Notes under the pieces: model-generated
What the model was told of the DNA's origin: nothing
The model's database searches: none
Seen by the model: the letters and a program-made list of their open reading frames with translations, nothing else
Part shown: positions 45,493-54,817 of the stretch, piece after piece
Numbering within the stretch: position 1 is the stretch's first letter
Layout: every line of letters begins with the position of its first letter
Translations under genes and position numbers: made by a program
Assembly (NCBI GenBank): GCA_020636775.1
Contig: JACJXF010000008.1
Span: 1,797 to 65,796 of the forward strand
Source of the DNA: Bacteroidales bacterium
GTDB lineage: Bacteria > Bacteroidota > Bacteroidia > Bacteroidales > GCA-2748055
Length of the DNA: 64,000 bases
Direction: 5' to 3'

Positions 45493-47223
45493 TCCAATCC
45501 ACTTAATCACATCCTCCATCAGCACCGTCGGGATCTCCAGCTTATTCTTCTTCCTGTACCCCATCATCTCCTGGTGCAGTTTCCCGGGCTTTTCAACCTC
45601 CTTCAGCTTGGCAACCGTTGTATAACCCAATGCCTTCAAAGGTTCCACCCACTCCACAGGAATTCCTAATGCCGTATATTCCCCGCTCTCACTCTCACTA
45701 ACACTCTCTCTCTTCTTCTCGGGTTTCATCTGCGGGAAGAACAGCACATCCTGTATACTCGTTGAATTTGTCATCAGCATGGTGAGCCTGTCCATTCCAA
45801 TACCCATGCCGGAGGTAGGAGGCATACCATATTCCAGTGCCCGCACAAAATCCATATCGATAAACATGGCCTCTTCATCTCCCTTTTTCGAAAGTTCCAG
45901 CTGTGCCTTGAAGCGTTCCAGCTGATCAATGGGGTCGTTCAGCTCGGTATAGGCGTTGCATAATTCCTTGCCATTTACCATAAGCTCGAAGCGTTCCGTT
46001 AACTCAGGATTTTCGCGGTGTTTCTTACAGAGGGGCGACATTTCCACAGGATAATCCTTGATGAAAGTAGGCTGTATGTAATGTGGTTCGCACTTTTCGC
46101 CAAAAATCTCATCAATCAGCTTGCCCTTGCCCATGGTTTCGTCTACCTCGAGGTGCAGGTCCTTGCAGACTTTCCTGAGCTGACTTTCATCCATACCGCT
46201 GATATCGATACCGGTAAATTCCCTGATGGAGTCAATCATGGTAATGCGCTTAAAGGGCCTTTTGAAGTCAATCTCCTTGTCGCCTAGTTTTACCTTTGTG
46301 GTTCCGTGAAGGTCGAGCGCCACCTTCTCTATCATCTCCTCGGTAAAATCCATCATCCAGTTATAGTCCTTGTAGGCTACGTAGATTTCCATTACCGTAA
46401 ACTCAGGGTTATGCGTGCGGTCCATTCCCTCGTTACGGAAATCCTTGGAAAATTCATAAACTCCCTCGAATCCCCCTACAATAAGTCTTTTAAGATATAA
46501 TTCATTGGCAATTCTCAGGTAAAGCGGGATATCCAAAGCATTATGATGGGTAATAAAGGGCCTTGCCGTTGCTCCACCCGGGATGGACTGCAGAATGGGT
46601 GTTTCCACCTCCAGATAACCTTTGCTGTTGAACAGCTCACGGAATGATTTATAGATCTGGGTTCGCTTGCGAAAAACCTCACGTACCTCCGGATTAACCA
46701 CCAGGTCAACATATCGCTGACGGTAGCGGAATTCGGCATCCGTAACGGCATCAAAAACATGCCCGTCTTTTTCCTTGACAATGGGGAGAGGACGAAGGGA
46801 TTTGCTCAGCAGCTTGAGCTCAGTTACATGTACCGAAAGTTCGCCAACCTGAGTTATAAAAGCGCGTCCTTTTATACCAATGAAATCGCCAATATCCAGA
46901 TGCTTTTTAAATAAATCGTTGTAGAGGGATTTATCCTCGCCCGGACAAATTTCATCGCGGTTTACATAAATCTGTATGCGGCCTGCATCATCCTGAATTT
47001 CAGCAAAAGATGCTTTTCCCATAATCCTGCGGCTCATCAGCCGGCCTGCCAGACTAACATCCTGAAAATTATTTTCTTCGGGCTTGTATAATTTTTTTAT
47101 TTGTTCGGATTTGTGGCTAACAGGATATGCTTCCTGGGGATAGGGGTTAATACCCATTTTCCGGATTTCTTCCAGCGATTGTCTGCGGATTAGTTCCTGC
47201 TCACTTAATTGCGATTGGCTCAT
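45490..47223 (-). CDS. lysS: Lysine--tRNA ligase (class II) with a C-terminal extension
   Basis: 577 aa. It has an OB-fold anticodon domain and the class II motifs [13 protein letters not shown] and GMGIGMDRL. An extra tail of about 80 aa follows the catalytic core. Confidence 0.95.
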   Translation of the reverse strand: MSQSQLSEQELIRRQSLEEIRKMGINPYPQEAYPVSHKSEQIKKLYKPEENNFQDVSLAGRLMSRRIMGKASFAEIQDDAGRIQIYVNRDEICPGEDKSLYNDLFKKHLDIGDFIGIKGRAFITQVGELSVHVTELKLLSKSLRPLPIVKEKDGHVFDAVTDAEFRYRQRYVDLVVNPEVREVFRKRTQIYKSFRELFNSKGYLEVETPILQSIPGGATARPFITHHNALDIPLYLRIANELYLKRLIVGGFEGVYEFSKDFRNEGMDRTHNPEFTVMEIYVAYKDYNWMMDFTEEMIEKVALDLHGTTKVKLGDKEIDFKRPFKRITMIDSIREFTGIDISGMDESQLRKVCKDLHLEVDETMGKGKLIDEIFGEKCEPHYIQPTFIKDYPVEMSPLCKKHRENPELTERFELMVNGKELCNAYTELNDPIDQLERFKAQLELSKKGDEEAMFIDMDFVRALEYGMPPTSGMGIGMDRLTMLMTNSTSIQDVLFFPQMKPEKKRESVSESESGEYTALGIPVEWVEPLKALGYTTVAKLKEVEKPGKLHQEMMGYRKKNKLEIPTVLMEDVIKWIG

Positions 47224-47239
47224 GCTTAAATAATTTTCG

Positions 47240-47247
47240 CAAATATA
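47240..47247 (-). promoter_or_regulatory. -7 box TATATTTG(CG) upstream of lysS
   Basis: The minus-strand TATATTTGCG matches TAnnTTTG and lies 17 nt upstream of the lysS ATG. The leader would be very short. Confidence 0.35.
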
Positions 47248-47442
47248 ATCGTTTTATAGGGAAATTAAGTAGGTTCGGTGCTGCCATTGCTGAGAGTTTT
47301 GCAGAAGCACAAAAAAAACCTTCGCCGACAGCCGATATTTGAAACTTCAGCACATTAATAGAAAAAGCTTATGAGTATGAGCCGTTTAAGGTTTATTACT
47401 GCTTAAGCCTGAAAAAGCTCTCGGTTTTTGCTGGGATATTCT

Positions 47443-47450
47443 TACTTTTG
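47443..47450 (+). promoter_or_regulatory. -7 box TACTTTTG upstream of recJ
   Basis: The sequence matches TAnnTTTG and lies 43 nt upstream of the recJ ATG. The nearest upstream TTTG is only 12 nt away, which is non-canonical spacing. Confidence 0.3.
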
Positions 47451-47492
47451 TAATCTTATTTCAACCTTCCCCGGAATTCCGAAAACAAAACT

Positions 47493-49211
47493 ATGATGGT
47501 TAAGAACTGGGTTATAAAACAACAGGGTGATGAATCTGTCTTGCAGCATCTGCAGGAGAGCCTTGGCGTGGACCGGCCCATTGCAAGCCTTCTCCAGCAA
47601 AGGGGAATAAGTACCTTCGAGGAAGCGCGTTTATTTTTCAGGCCCGAACTCAGCCAGCTTCACGACCCTTACCTGATGAAAGATATGGACAAGGCTGTTG
47701 AGCGTATCCAAAGAGCCATCTCATCGGGTGAAAAAGTTATGATCTACGGGGATTACGACGTTGACGGCACCACTGCTGTTGCCCTGGTTTACAGTTATTT
47801 TAAAACCTGGTTCAAGGATTCGGTTTATTACATCCCTGACCGTTATGATGAAGGCTACGGTATCTCCCTCAAAAGCATTGATTATGCTGCTGCCAATTCC
47901 GTTCGACTTGTAATTGCTCTCGATTGTGGAATTAAGGCCGTTGAAAAAATTGCATATGCGAATTCAAAGGGAGTGGATTTTATTATATGCGATCACCACA
48001 CTCCGGGTTCGTCTATCCCGGATGCCATAGCTGTTCTGGATCCAAAAAGAGAAGATTGTTCCTATCCATTTAATGAACTTTCAGGCTGTGGCGTGGGTTT
48101 TAAACTTATTCAGGCCTATCAGGCATCACGTTCTCTGCCCTTCGACGATTTAATAAAATATCTCGACCTTGTGGCTGTCAGCATTGCATCCGACATTGTC
48201 CCCATAAAAGGTGAAAACAGGGTGCTAGCATTCTATGGCTTAAAACAGCTGAACGAAAGCCCTTCCACCGGACTTCAGACTCTCATCAAACTCTCAGGCA
48301 TTCAAAATAAAACAATCAGCATTGAAGACATAGTTTTCAAAATTGGCCCGAGAATCAATGCGGCCGGCAGAATGGAGTCGGGTCGTAAATCGGTTGATCT
48401 CCTGATATCCGATGATACAGGTCTTGCCCAGGCAATGGGTTCCAGGATCAATGATTTTAATTCCGACCGAAGGAGTGTCGATTCATCCATAACCCAGGAA
48501 GCTCTTACCATGATTCAGATGGACGACAGCATGAAAAACCGGAAGTCGACCGTCCTTTTCAATCCCAAATGGCATAAGGGAGTAATCGGAATTGTGGCAT
48601 CAAGACTTATGGACAGCTATTACCGCCCGACAGTCATACTTACACAGTCAAATGGTTTTGCCACCGGCTCTGCACGTTCGGTTAATGGTTTCGACCTTTA
48701 CCAGGCGATTGAGGAATGCAGCGACCTGCTGGAGAATTTCGGGGGACACAAATATGCTGCAGGGCTAACCATGAAAGTAAACAATGTCAGTGCCTTCCAG
48801 GAGAAATTTGAAAACACTGTAAAAAAACTTATCAAGCCCGAGCAATTGATTCCGGTGGTAGAAATTGATACTGAGCTGCATCTTTCGGATATCAACGATA
48901 AATTCTTCAGGATACTGAAACAGTTTCAACCTTTCGGACCTGAGAACATGGCTCCGGTTTTTCTTACAGAAAATGTTTCTGACAATGGCAGCGGCAAACC
49001 CGTTGGAATGCATGCTGAGCACCTGAAGCTATCTCTGGTTCATGAAGATGATCCTTACCGGGTTTTTCCGGCCATTGGCTTCCAGCTGGGTAAACTCTAC
49101 CCGAAAATTTCAGTAGGGCAGGGCTTCGATATCTGCTACTCTCTGGATGAAAATGTTTTCAGGGGAGAAACCACTCTGCAGATAAATATTAAGGATATCA
49201 AAGTCGACTGA
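47493..49211 (+). CDS. recJ: Single-stranded-DNA-specific exonuclease RecJ
   Basis: 572 aa. The DHH motifs are YGDYDVDGTT, LDCG and ICDHH. The DHHA1 motif is GGHKYAAG. Confidence 0.93.
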   Translation: MMVKNWVIKQQGDESVLQHLQESLGVDRPIASLLQQRGISTFEEARLFFRPELSQLHDPYLMKDMDKAVERIQRAISSGEKVMIYGDYDVDGTTAVALVYSYFKTWFKDSVYYIPDRYDEGYGISLKSIDYAAANSVRLVIALDCGIKAVEKIAYANSKGVDFIICDHHTPGSSIPDAIAVLDPKREDCSYPFNELSGCGVGFKLIQAYQASRSLPFDDLIKYLDLVAVSIASDIVPIKGENRVLAFYGLKQLNESPSTGLQTLIKLSGIQNKTISIEDIVFKIGPRINAAGRMESGRKSVDLLISDDTGLAQAMGSRINDFNSDRRSVDSSITQEALTMIQMDDSMKNRKSTVLFNPKWHKGVIGIVASRLMDSYYRPTVILTQSNGFATGSARSVNGFDLYQAIEECSDLLENFGGHKYAAGLTMKVNNVSAFQEKFENTVKKLIKPEQLIPVVEIDTELHLSDINDKFFRILKQFQPFGPENMAPVFLTENVSDNGSGKPVGMHAEHLKLSLVHEDDPYRVFPAIGFQLGKLYPKISVGQGFDICYSLDENVFRGETTLQINIKDIKVD

Positions 49212-49212
49212 T

Positions 49213-51279
49213 TCACATCCTTATTTTAATTTGAAAAGTAAGGAAGGAGTCAGAATCTCCAATCAGGTAATCGCCTCCTGTTCCCCTTTCTTTCTTCGTC
49301 CCGAACTGACTTAAGGCGTATCTTGCACTTACCTCCACACCCCTTATTATCTCAGCTTTTCCAAGGATAACAAAACGGGTTCCTTTTGAACTAAATGCAG
49401 GAACTGAAAAACTATACAGCACATCATTTTCATATGCATAAATGCGGTTTTCCCAGCGGGGAATATCATAAATGGCATACCGGATCCATAAACTGTACCT
49501 ACCGGATATATCCCGGCAGCCAATATCATGACCCGAATAATATCCCCGGCTTACAGCTTCCTTTGCTTCCTTATAGCTGCTGATTTCCAGTCTCGACTTA
49601 ATTTCAATTTTCTCATAGGGTTTAAAGACCAGACTCAGGCGGAAATTTCCTTTTTCCGTTGTATCCATCAGGTCAATTCCGGTCCTGCACTTATCGGAAC
49701 GGTTTTGGCTTTGTTCAAATTTAAACCGCAAATTGCAGGTAAAGTCCCTGGAAGGATAAATTTCGAAATTCATGAAATAGTCTGTTCCTGAATAAGGATT
49801 TGTGCTGTTGTATCGTAAAAATGGAAAACTGTAGGTGTCTGCATACAATTCTGCTTTTAAATATTTCCAGGGATACATTTCCAGTCCCAGGTAAAACCCT
49901 TCTTCATTTTTTGTGCCCTGACTTTCCCCGAATCCTGATGCCATAATTGCCAGATAGTCGGGCTGGTAGTATCGGTAGGTCAGTGATAGTCGAAACAGCG
50001 GACTTAATTCCGCAAGGGCAGAGGCAAATAATGCCAGTCTCCCTTTACAGTCGGCTGCAGCTTCACCAAATACAGCAATCTTTCCCATGCTGGCCCGAAA
50101 ATCACTGCCAAAATTCTGAATTACCTCTCCTGCAGGAAAATATTCCTGTGTATATGCTGTGCTGTTTCTTACCCAGCTTGCGTCGTACTTGCTGTTCAGA
50201 TAGGATATTCCAAAGCTGGCAACCTGGGTTTTATATTCTGCATGGGCACCCAGAACGTTTAAAAGCAAAGCATCCTTTTTATTCAATTCTGCGGTGCTCC
50301 GGTGCAATCCCGATTCATCAGGAGCACTGAACCATTTGTCTGAAGCGCTGTCAGCTGAATTATGAATATTTGCGTCAATTTGATGCCGGCTGGCGATCAG
50401 GCTGAGTTCCATTTTGTTTTTTTCAAAAGAAATGGCAGCTCCCCGGAAAAAATTATTTTCATCCCCTGAGCTGTTCTTTTTGATTCTGTTGGTTTCAGGG
50501 GATATTAACACTGGAAGGCCCTTTCTTTTCCCGAATCCCCCCAGTATCAATCCCTGTCCCCAGCATGCCTTATAATCCCCGACTATAATCTTTTTGATCG
50601 CTTTGCTGCCGTTATATTCAAGAGCTGCAGACATAAAATCGGGACAAAAAAACTTTCCGCCTGATTGAAAAGATTCGCCTGCATCCTGATCACTGACAAG
50701 ACTAAAACTGAAATCGGACAGAGAGGCTTCGTAGCGTGTACGCAATGTCCTGTTGGAGCCGGCAAACAAAGTCCGGCCAGTGGAATCGGCTATGAAACCT
50801 GCTTTCTTTTCAACGTCCGATCCAAGTCGGCCAATGAAAAGCTGACGCAGTTGATTTTTATTTTTTTGGGGATTAGAATTTTCTGACACCTGGTTTATAC
50901 AAACAAAGGGAATGAGCTTTTCAATAAGGTTTCTGTCGAAGCCCGTAATAAGCTGAAGCTCATAAATTGAAAGCAGGAGACCTTCCTCCCTTCTGTATTG
51001 AAGAAATGAATATATTTGGAATTCAGTAAGCATGTGCAGTTGCCTCAGATCGTCAGCCTCAGCAGTATTCAGATTGAGGGGTTTTTCGAGGAATAGAAAG
51101 AGTTCATCGGCTAGATATTCCGGATTTGCCTCCTCCTCATTGTTCGAAAAGCTTTCTTCGAGCAGTTCGGAAATGGTTTCCGAACCCGGCTTCGGGATAA
51201 TTTGTGCGAAACCTGATCCCCCGAAAAAGAGAAAAACAAGAAATATTTTCAGACCCGGCTTAAATCCGTAGCACTTCAT
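49213..51279 (-). CDS. ComEA-like helix-hairpin-helix domain fused to a large predicted outer-membrane beta-barrel
   Basis: 688 aa with a signal peptide. LNLNTAEADDLRQLHMLTEFQIYSFLQYRREEGLLLSIYELQLITGFDRNLIEKLIPFV aligns by eye to the ComEA HhH module (INLNTA...L..LPGIG...A..I..YR...G.F.S...L..V.GIG....EKL). The remaining roughly 550 aa are rich in alternating beta-strand patterns. Confidence 0.55.
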   Translation of the reverse strand: MKCYGFKPGLKIFLVFLFFGGSGFAQIIPKPGSETISELLEESFSNNEEEANPEYLADELFLFLEKPLNLNTAEADDLRQLHMLTEFQIYSFLQYRREEGLLLSIYELQLITGFDRNLIEKLIPFVCINQVSENSNPQKNKNQLRQLFIGRLGSDVEKKAGFIADSTGRTLFAGSNRTLRTRYEASLSDFSFSLVSDQDAGESFQSGGKFFCPDFMSAALEYNGSKAIKKIIVGDYKACWGQGLILGGFGKRKGLPVLISPETNRIKKNSSGDENNFFRGAAISFEKNKMELSLIASRHQIDANIHNSADSASDKWFSAPDESGLHRSTAELNKKDALLLNVLGAHAEYKTQVASFGISYLNSKYDASWVRNSTAYTQEYFPAGEVIQNFGSDFRASMGKIAVFGEAAADCKGRLALFASALAELSPLFRLSLTYRYYQPDYLAIMASGFGESQGTKNEEGFYLGLEMYPWKYLKAELYADTYSFPFLRYNSTNPYSGTDYFMNFEIYPSRDFTCNLRFKFEQSQNRSDKCRTGIDLMDTTEKGNFRLSLVFKPYEKIEIKSRLEISSYKEAKEAVSRGYYSGHDIGCRDISGRYSLWIRYAIYDIPRWENRIYAYENDVLYSFSVPAFSSKGTRFVILGKAEIIRGVEVSARYALSQFGTKKERGTGGDYLIGDSDSFLTFQIKIRM

Positions 51280-51357
51280 AGAGATTTTCTGATTTCAGAG
51301 ATAAACTGTAATCTGTTTATGTGCTGAAAACTCAAATCTATGTATGAAGGGCAGGAA

Positions 51358-52206
51358 TTATTTCAGTTCAATCTGCATGGAAAAGTGGGGCGTGAATCCC
51401 AGGGTCTGGTGATGACTGAAGGCCACATCTCCGCTGATCCGGCTTATTTTAAAGCCCAGTCCAAAAGTATTCTGGAAGGGGGCGGTTATGATTCCGGTAC
51501 GTAAATTCAGTCCTTTGATGACCTCGTATTCAATACCGGATTTAAAACGCATTTCATAATTGATGCTTTTCTCCGTTTCCACTCCCATCCAGAATTTTTC
51601 TATGGGCGAATAGCTGAGTCCGGCTCTCAGGCAAGTCGTTAAAGTGTCGAGGTTCACGGGGGAAAGCTGTGCCCGCGTCGGATTAAATACATGCACGCCA
51701 ATACGCATATTAGACAGAGGTTTATACTGAATTCCTCCTTCCACGGTTAGGGCATGCCGGCTCTGATAGTCGCCGGAAATATATTCGTAATGATAATTTA
51801 GCTGAATTCCGGCTGATATCTTATCACCAAAGTTTCTGCCATATGCAATTCCTATTTTACTCTCATTGTAGGCAGAGTAGCCGAAATAAGTATAGGATAA
51901 ACCGAAGGTTGCTGCTTTTACAGGTAAGGTCAGTGCAATTGCATGCAGAGAATATTCTTCAATAACATACCTGTTTTCGTGATGAAAGCCCAGAGCGAAT
52001 TTATGATAGTCGCCCAGTCCGGCCTGATTATGAGAAACCGACCAGATGTCGGATTCCATTACATAGGTATTGGCCAGGGCTGCCGGGCGGCTTCCGAGAG
52101 GGTAGTTTTCCTGAGCATAAACGGAAACTGAAAAAAAACACAACAGGAAAACCGGGAGAAGCAAATTGCAACCGGGTTTCCTGCAGTATTTTAATTTTTG
52201 TTTCAA
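51358..52206 (-). CDS. PorV/PorQ-family-like outer-membrane beta-barrel protein
   Basis: 282 aa with a signal peptide. LGSRPAALANTYVMESDIWSVSHNQAGLG resembles the G.R..ALGGA...D......NPAGL N-terminal signature of PorV/PorQ-type barrels. The C-terminus has alternating strands. Confidence 0.5.
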   Translation of the reverse strand: MKQKLKYCRKPGCNLLLPVFLLCFFSVSVYAQENYPLGSRPAALANTYVMESDIWSVSHNQAGLGDYHKFALGFHHENRYVIEEYSLHAIALTLPVKAATFGLSYTYFGYSAYNESKIGIAYGRNFGDKISAGIQLNYHYEYISGDYQSRHALTVEGGIQYKPLSNMRIGVHVFNPTRAQLSPVNLDTLTTCLRAGLSYSPIEKFWMGVETEKSINYEMRFKSGIEYEVIKGLNLRTGIITAPFQNTFGLGFKISRISGDVAFSHHQTLGFTPHFSMQIELK

Positions 52207-52715
52207 TTGGTTTTGTATTTGTATTTTATGGCTTTAAGCTCATCATTTGCCTGAATAATTTTTTCCTTCAGACTTTCTTTAAAAGCATTGATTTTGGCCA
52301 GGAGCTTATCATCCCCTGTAGCCAGAATCTGGGCTGCCAGAATTCCTGCATTTCTTGCTCCATCAAGACCTACGGTTGCAACCGGGATTCCCGGAGGCAT
52401 TTGCAGTATTGAGAGAATGCTGTCCCATCCGTCGATGGAAATACTTGAACGCACAGGTACTCCGATAACCGGCAGTGGAGTAAATGCTGCCATTACTCCC
52501 GGTAAATGAGCAGCTCCGCCTGCTCCGGCAATTATAACTTTCACTCCCCTTGAAACCGCCGATCTGGCAAATTCAGCTGCCTGCTCCGGAGTACGGTGGG
52601 CCGATAAAGCATTAATTTCAAAGGGAATTTCAAACTCATCCAGTATTTTTGCAGCTTCCTTCATTACCGGAAGGTCGGAGGTACTTCCCATAATGATACT
52701 TATTTTAGCTTCCAT
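52203..52715 (-). CDS. purE: 5-(carboxyamino)imidazole ribonucleotide mutase
   Basis: 170 aa. Motifs are IIMGSTSD, SAHRTP and AGGAAHLPGV. Confidence 0.95.
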   Translation of the reverse strand: MEAKISIIMGSTSDLPVMKEAAKILDEFEIPFEINALSAHRTPEQAAEFARSAVSRGVKVIIAGAGGAAHLPGVMAAFTPLPVIGVPVRSSISIDGWDSILSILQMPPGIPVATVGLDGARNAGILAAQILATGDDKLLAKINAFKESLKEKIIQANDELKAIKYKYKTN

Positions 52716-52868
52716 AGTATGTATGTTTATTTATGTATTAAAATTTAAAAAATCAGCTTTAACTGTCGAAAAAAATATCAGGAGTTCTAATGGGATTCCC
52801 CAGCCATATCCATCTCATTAAATTAAAAATTGTTTTAATGAGCAATAAATGGATTGGTTTCCGAAGCA

Positions 52869-53276
52869 TTACCTCCAGATACCCAGTAATAAACCGGCAA
52901 GACTGAACCAGACTGTCAGATAGCCGCCATTGATAAGCATATACTTGAAACTCTTCTGTTCAAAAAGTGAAATAATGGCAAGGGAGAGAGAAGCCCATCC
53001 AAAGCCGGCAAGAAAACCTGCCGTGAGTCCCCATGACCATGTGGTACCTGCGTCACCAAGGAAAAAAGCCAGGTTATATGACATAATATAGGCAAAGACC
53101 AGAGTTAGTCCGTAGGTTTTAAACATATTTGCCTTACTAATTTGCTCATCGGTAAGTCCCGATTCTTTTTGCCATGCCTTAAAGAAAACGAAGGGTGAAT
53201 ACCAGATTCCCCCTATCAGAAGGCTACCTATTGCACAAATGGCTACAGCCAGGTGATTTATATACATGCTTTCCAT
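52869..53276 (-). CDS. DUF1761-family membrane protein
   Basis: 135 aa with four hydrophobic helices. The N-terminal pattern IGGIWYSP.VF...W is typical of DUF1761. Confidence 0.6.
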   Translation of the reverse strand: MESMYINHLAVAICAIGSLLIGGIWYSPFVFFKAWQKESGLTDEQISKANMFKTYGLTLVFAYIMSYNLAFFLGDAGTTWSWGLTAGFLAGFGWASLSLAIISLFEQKSFKYMLINGGYLTVWFSLAGLLLGIWR

Positions 53277-53446
53277 AATTAAAGGTTTTTAATTCGTCTA
53301 TAAAGGTAAACAAAAACAGGCATTCATTGGTTCAGGATGCTCAATTTTGTAGATGCTAATTTGAATTAGGTGGATTAGGGAAAACTTGACAATTGCTTGT
53401 CTGTCATTCTGAAAAAATTCCTTTACTTTAGCAAAAAAAAGCGAGC

Positions 53447-53989
53447 ATGAACCGAATTAAAGTACTCGATAAGGAATTTGAAATTTCCATTCCTTCAGAA
53501 AAAATACAGGAAAGAATACTTGAGATGGCAAACCAGATTTCAGCTGATCTGAAAAGTCTGGATCCTGTTTTCATTGCCATTCTCAACGGCTCCTTTATGT
53601 TCGCTTCCGATCTTTTTAAAAAGCTTAGCATTGATGCCCAGATAACATTTCTGAAACTTGCATCATACCAGGGCACTACCACTTCGGGTACTGTAAAGCA
53701 ACTGATTGGTCTGAATCAGGAAATTAAAAATCAGAATATTGTTATCCTTGAAGATATTGTTGATACCGGGATAACCCTCGATACAATAATGCGGCAGCTA
53801 TCCGGCTACCAGCCTGCCTCAATAAGGGTTGCAACCCTGCTTTATAAACCCGATGCCTGCAAAACGGATATCCCTTTGGATTATATCGGTTTCCCCATTC
53901 CCAATGAGTTTATTATCGGCTATGGTCTCGATTATAATGGTTATGGAAGAAAATACAAGGATATTTATACTCTGGTAACAAATCACTGA
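53447..53989 (+). CDS. hpt: Hypoxanthine phosphoribosyltransferase
   Basis: 180 aa. It has the PRPP-binding loop VILEDIVDTGITL and a typical Hpt N-terminal layout. Confidence 0.9.
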   Translation: MNRIKVLDKEFEISIPSEKIQERILEMANQISADLKSLDPVFIAILNGSFMFASDLFKKLSIDAQITFLKLASYQGTTTSGTVKQLIGLNQEIKNQNIVILEDIVDTGITLDTIMRQLSGYQPASIRVATLLYKPDACKTDIPLDYIGFPIPNEFIIGYGLDYNGYGRKYKDIYTLVTNH

Positions 53990-54000
53990 AATGTAGTTCT

Positions 54001-54008
54001 TATATTTG
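54001..54008 (+). promoter_or_regulatory. -7 box TATATTTG(CA) upstream of adk
   Basis: The sequence matches TAnnTTTG and lies 37 nt upstream of the adk ATG. Confidence 0.4.
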
Positions 54009-54044
54009 CATTCCTGAATTTTTAAAACCTAAACTTCATTTCAC

Positions 54045-54617
54045 ATGTTAAATATTGTATTATTTGGACCTCCGGGATCCGGCAAAGGAACACAATCGGA
54101 AAAACTCATCGCAAAATATAAGCTTGTACACCTTTCGACCGGCGACCTGCTTCGTTCCGAAATTGCAGCAATGACCGATCTGGGAATTAAGGCAAAGGCC
54201 ATTATGGACCGTGGAGAGCTGGTTTCAGATGATATCGTTATCGGCATGATCCGGAATAAAATTTCTGCTAATATTGATTCCAGGGGATTCATTTTTGACG
54301 GATTTCCCCGTACAGTTGCACAGGCAGGAGCACTGGATGAAGTGCTTGCTGAAAAAGGCAAGGAAATAAGCCTTATGGTTACCCTTGAAGTCCCTGATGA
54401 TGAAGTCATCACAAGATTACTAAAGCGGGGTGAACAAACCGGCAGGGCTGATGATAATGTTTCGGTTATTGAAAACCGCCTGAATGTATATATCTGTCAG
54501 ACAGAACCTGTAATAGGTTATTACAAGGAGAAAAAGAAATATCATCCGATTAATGGTATTGGCAGTGTGGATGAAATTTTTGCACGTATAGAGGAAGAAA
54601 TTAAGAAAGTAAATTAA
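54045..54617 (+). CDS. adk: Adenylate kinase (short LID type)
   Basis: 190 aa. It has the GPPGSGKGTQ P-loop, LSTGDLLR and DGFPRT. Confidence 0.95.
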   Translation: MLNIVLFGPPGSGKGTQSEKLIAKYKLVHLSTGDLLRSEIAAMTDLGIKAKAIMDRGELVSDDIVIGMIRNKISANIDSRGFIFDGFPRTVAQAGALDEVLAEKGKEISLMVTLEVPDDEVITRLLKRGEQTGRADDNVSVIENRLNVYICQTEPVIGYYKEKKKYHPINGIGSVDEIFARIEEEIKKVN

Positions 54618-54817
54618 CTTTTCAGGACTTTTTATTCTCCTGTTCCTGTCTGAGAATTTGCCGGATTGGATCCGGTTTTAAGCCCTGGTAAAAATTAGCT
54701 TCCTGCAACTTACACCAGAAAATGCTGATTTAAGTTCAATAAGATCAGTTCTTTGCCTATCTTCGTGCCTTAATAAATTGCACCAGGCAGGATTATATCC
54801 CCATAAAAAATTCAATT

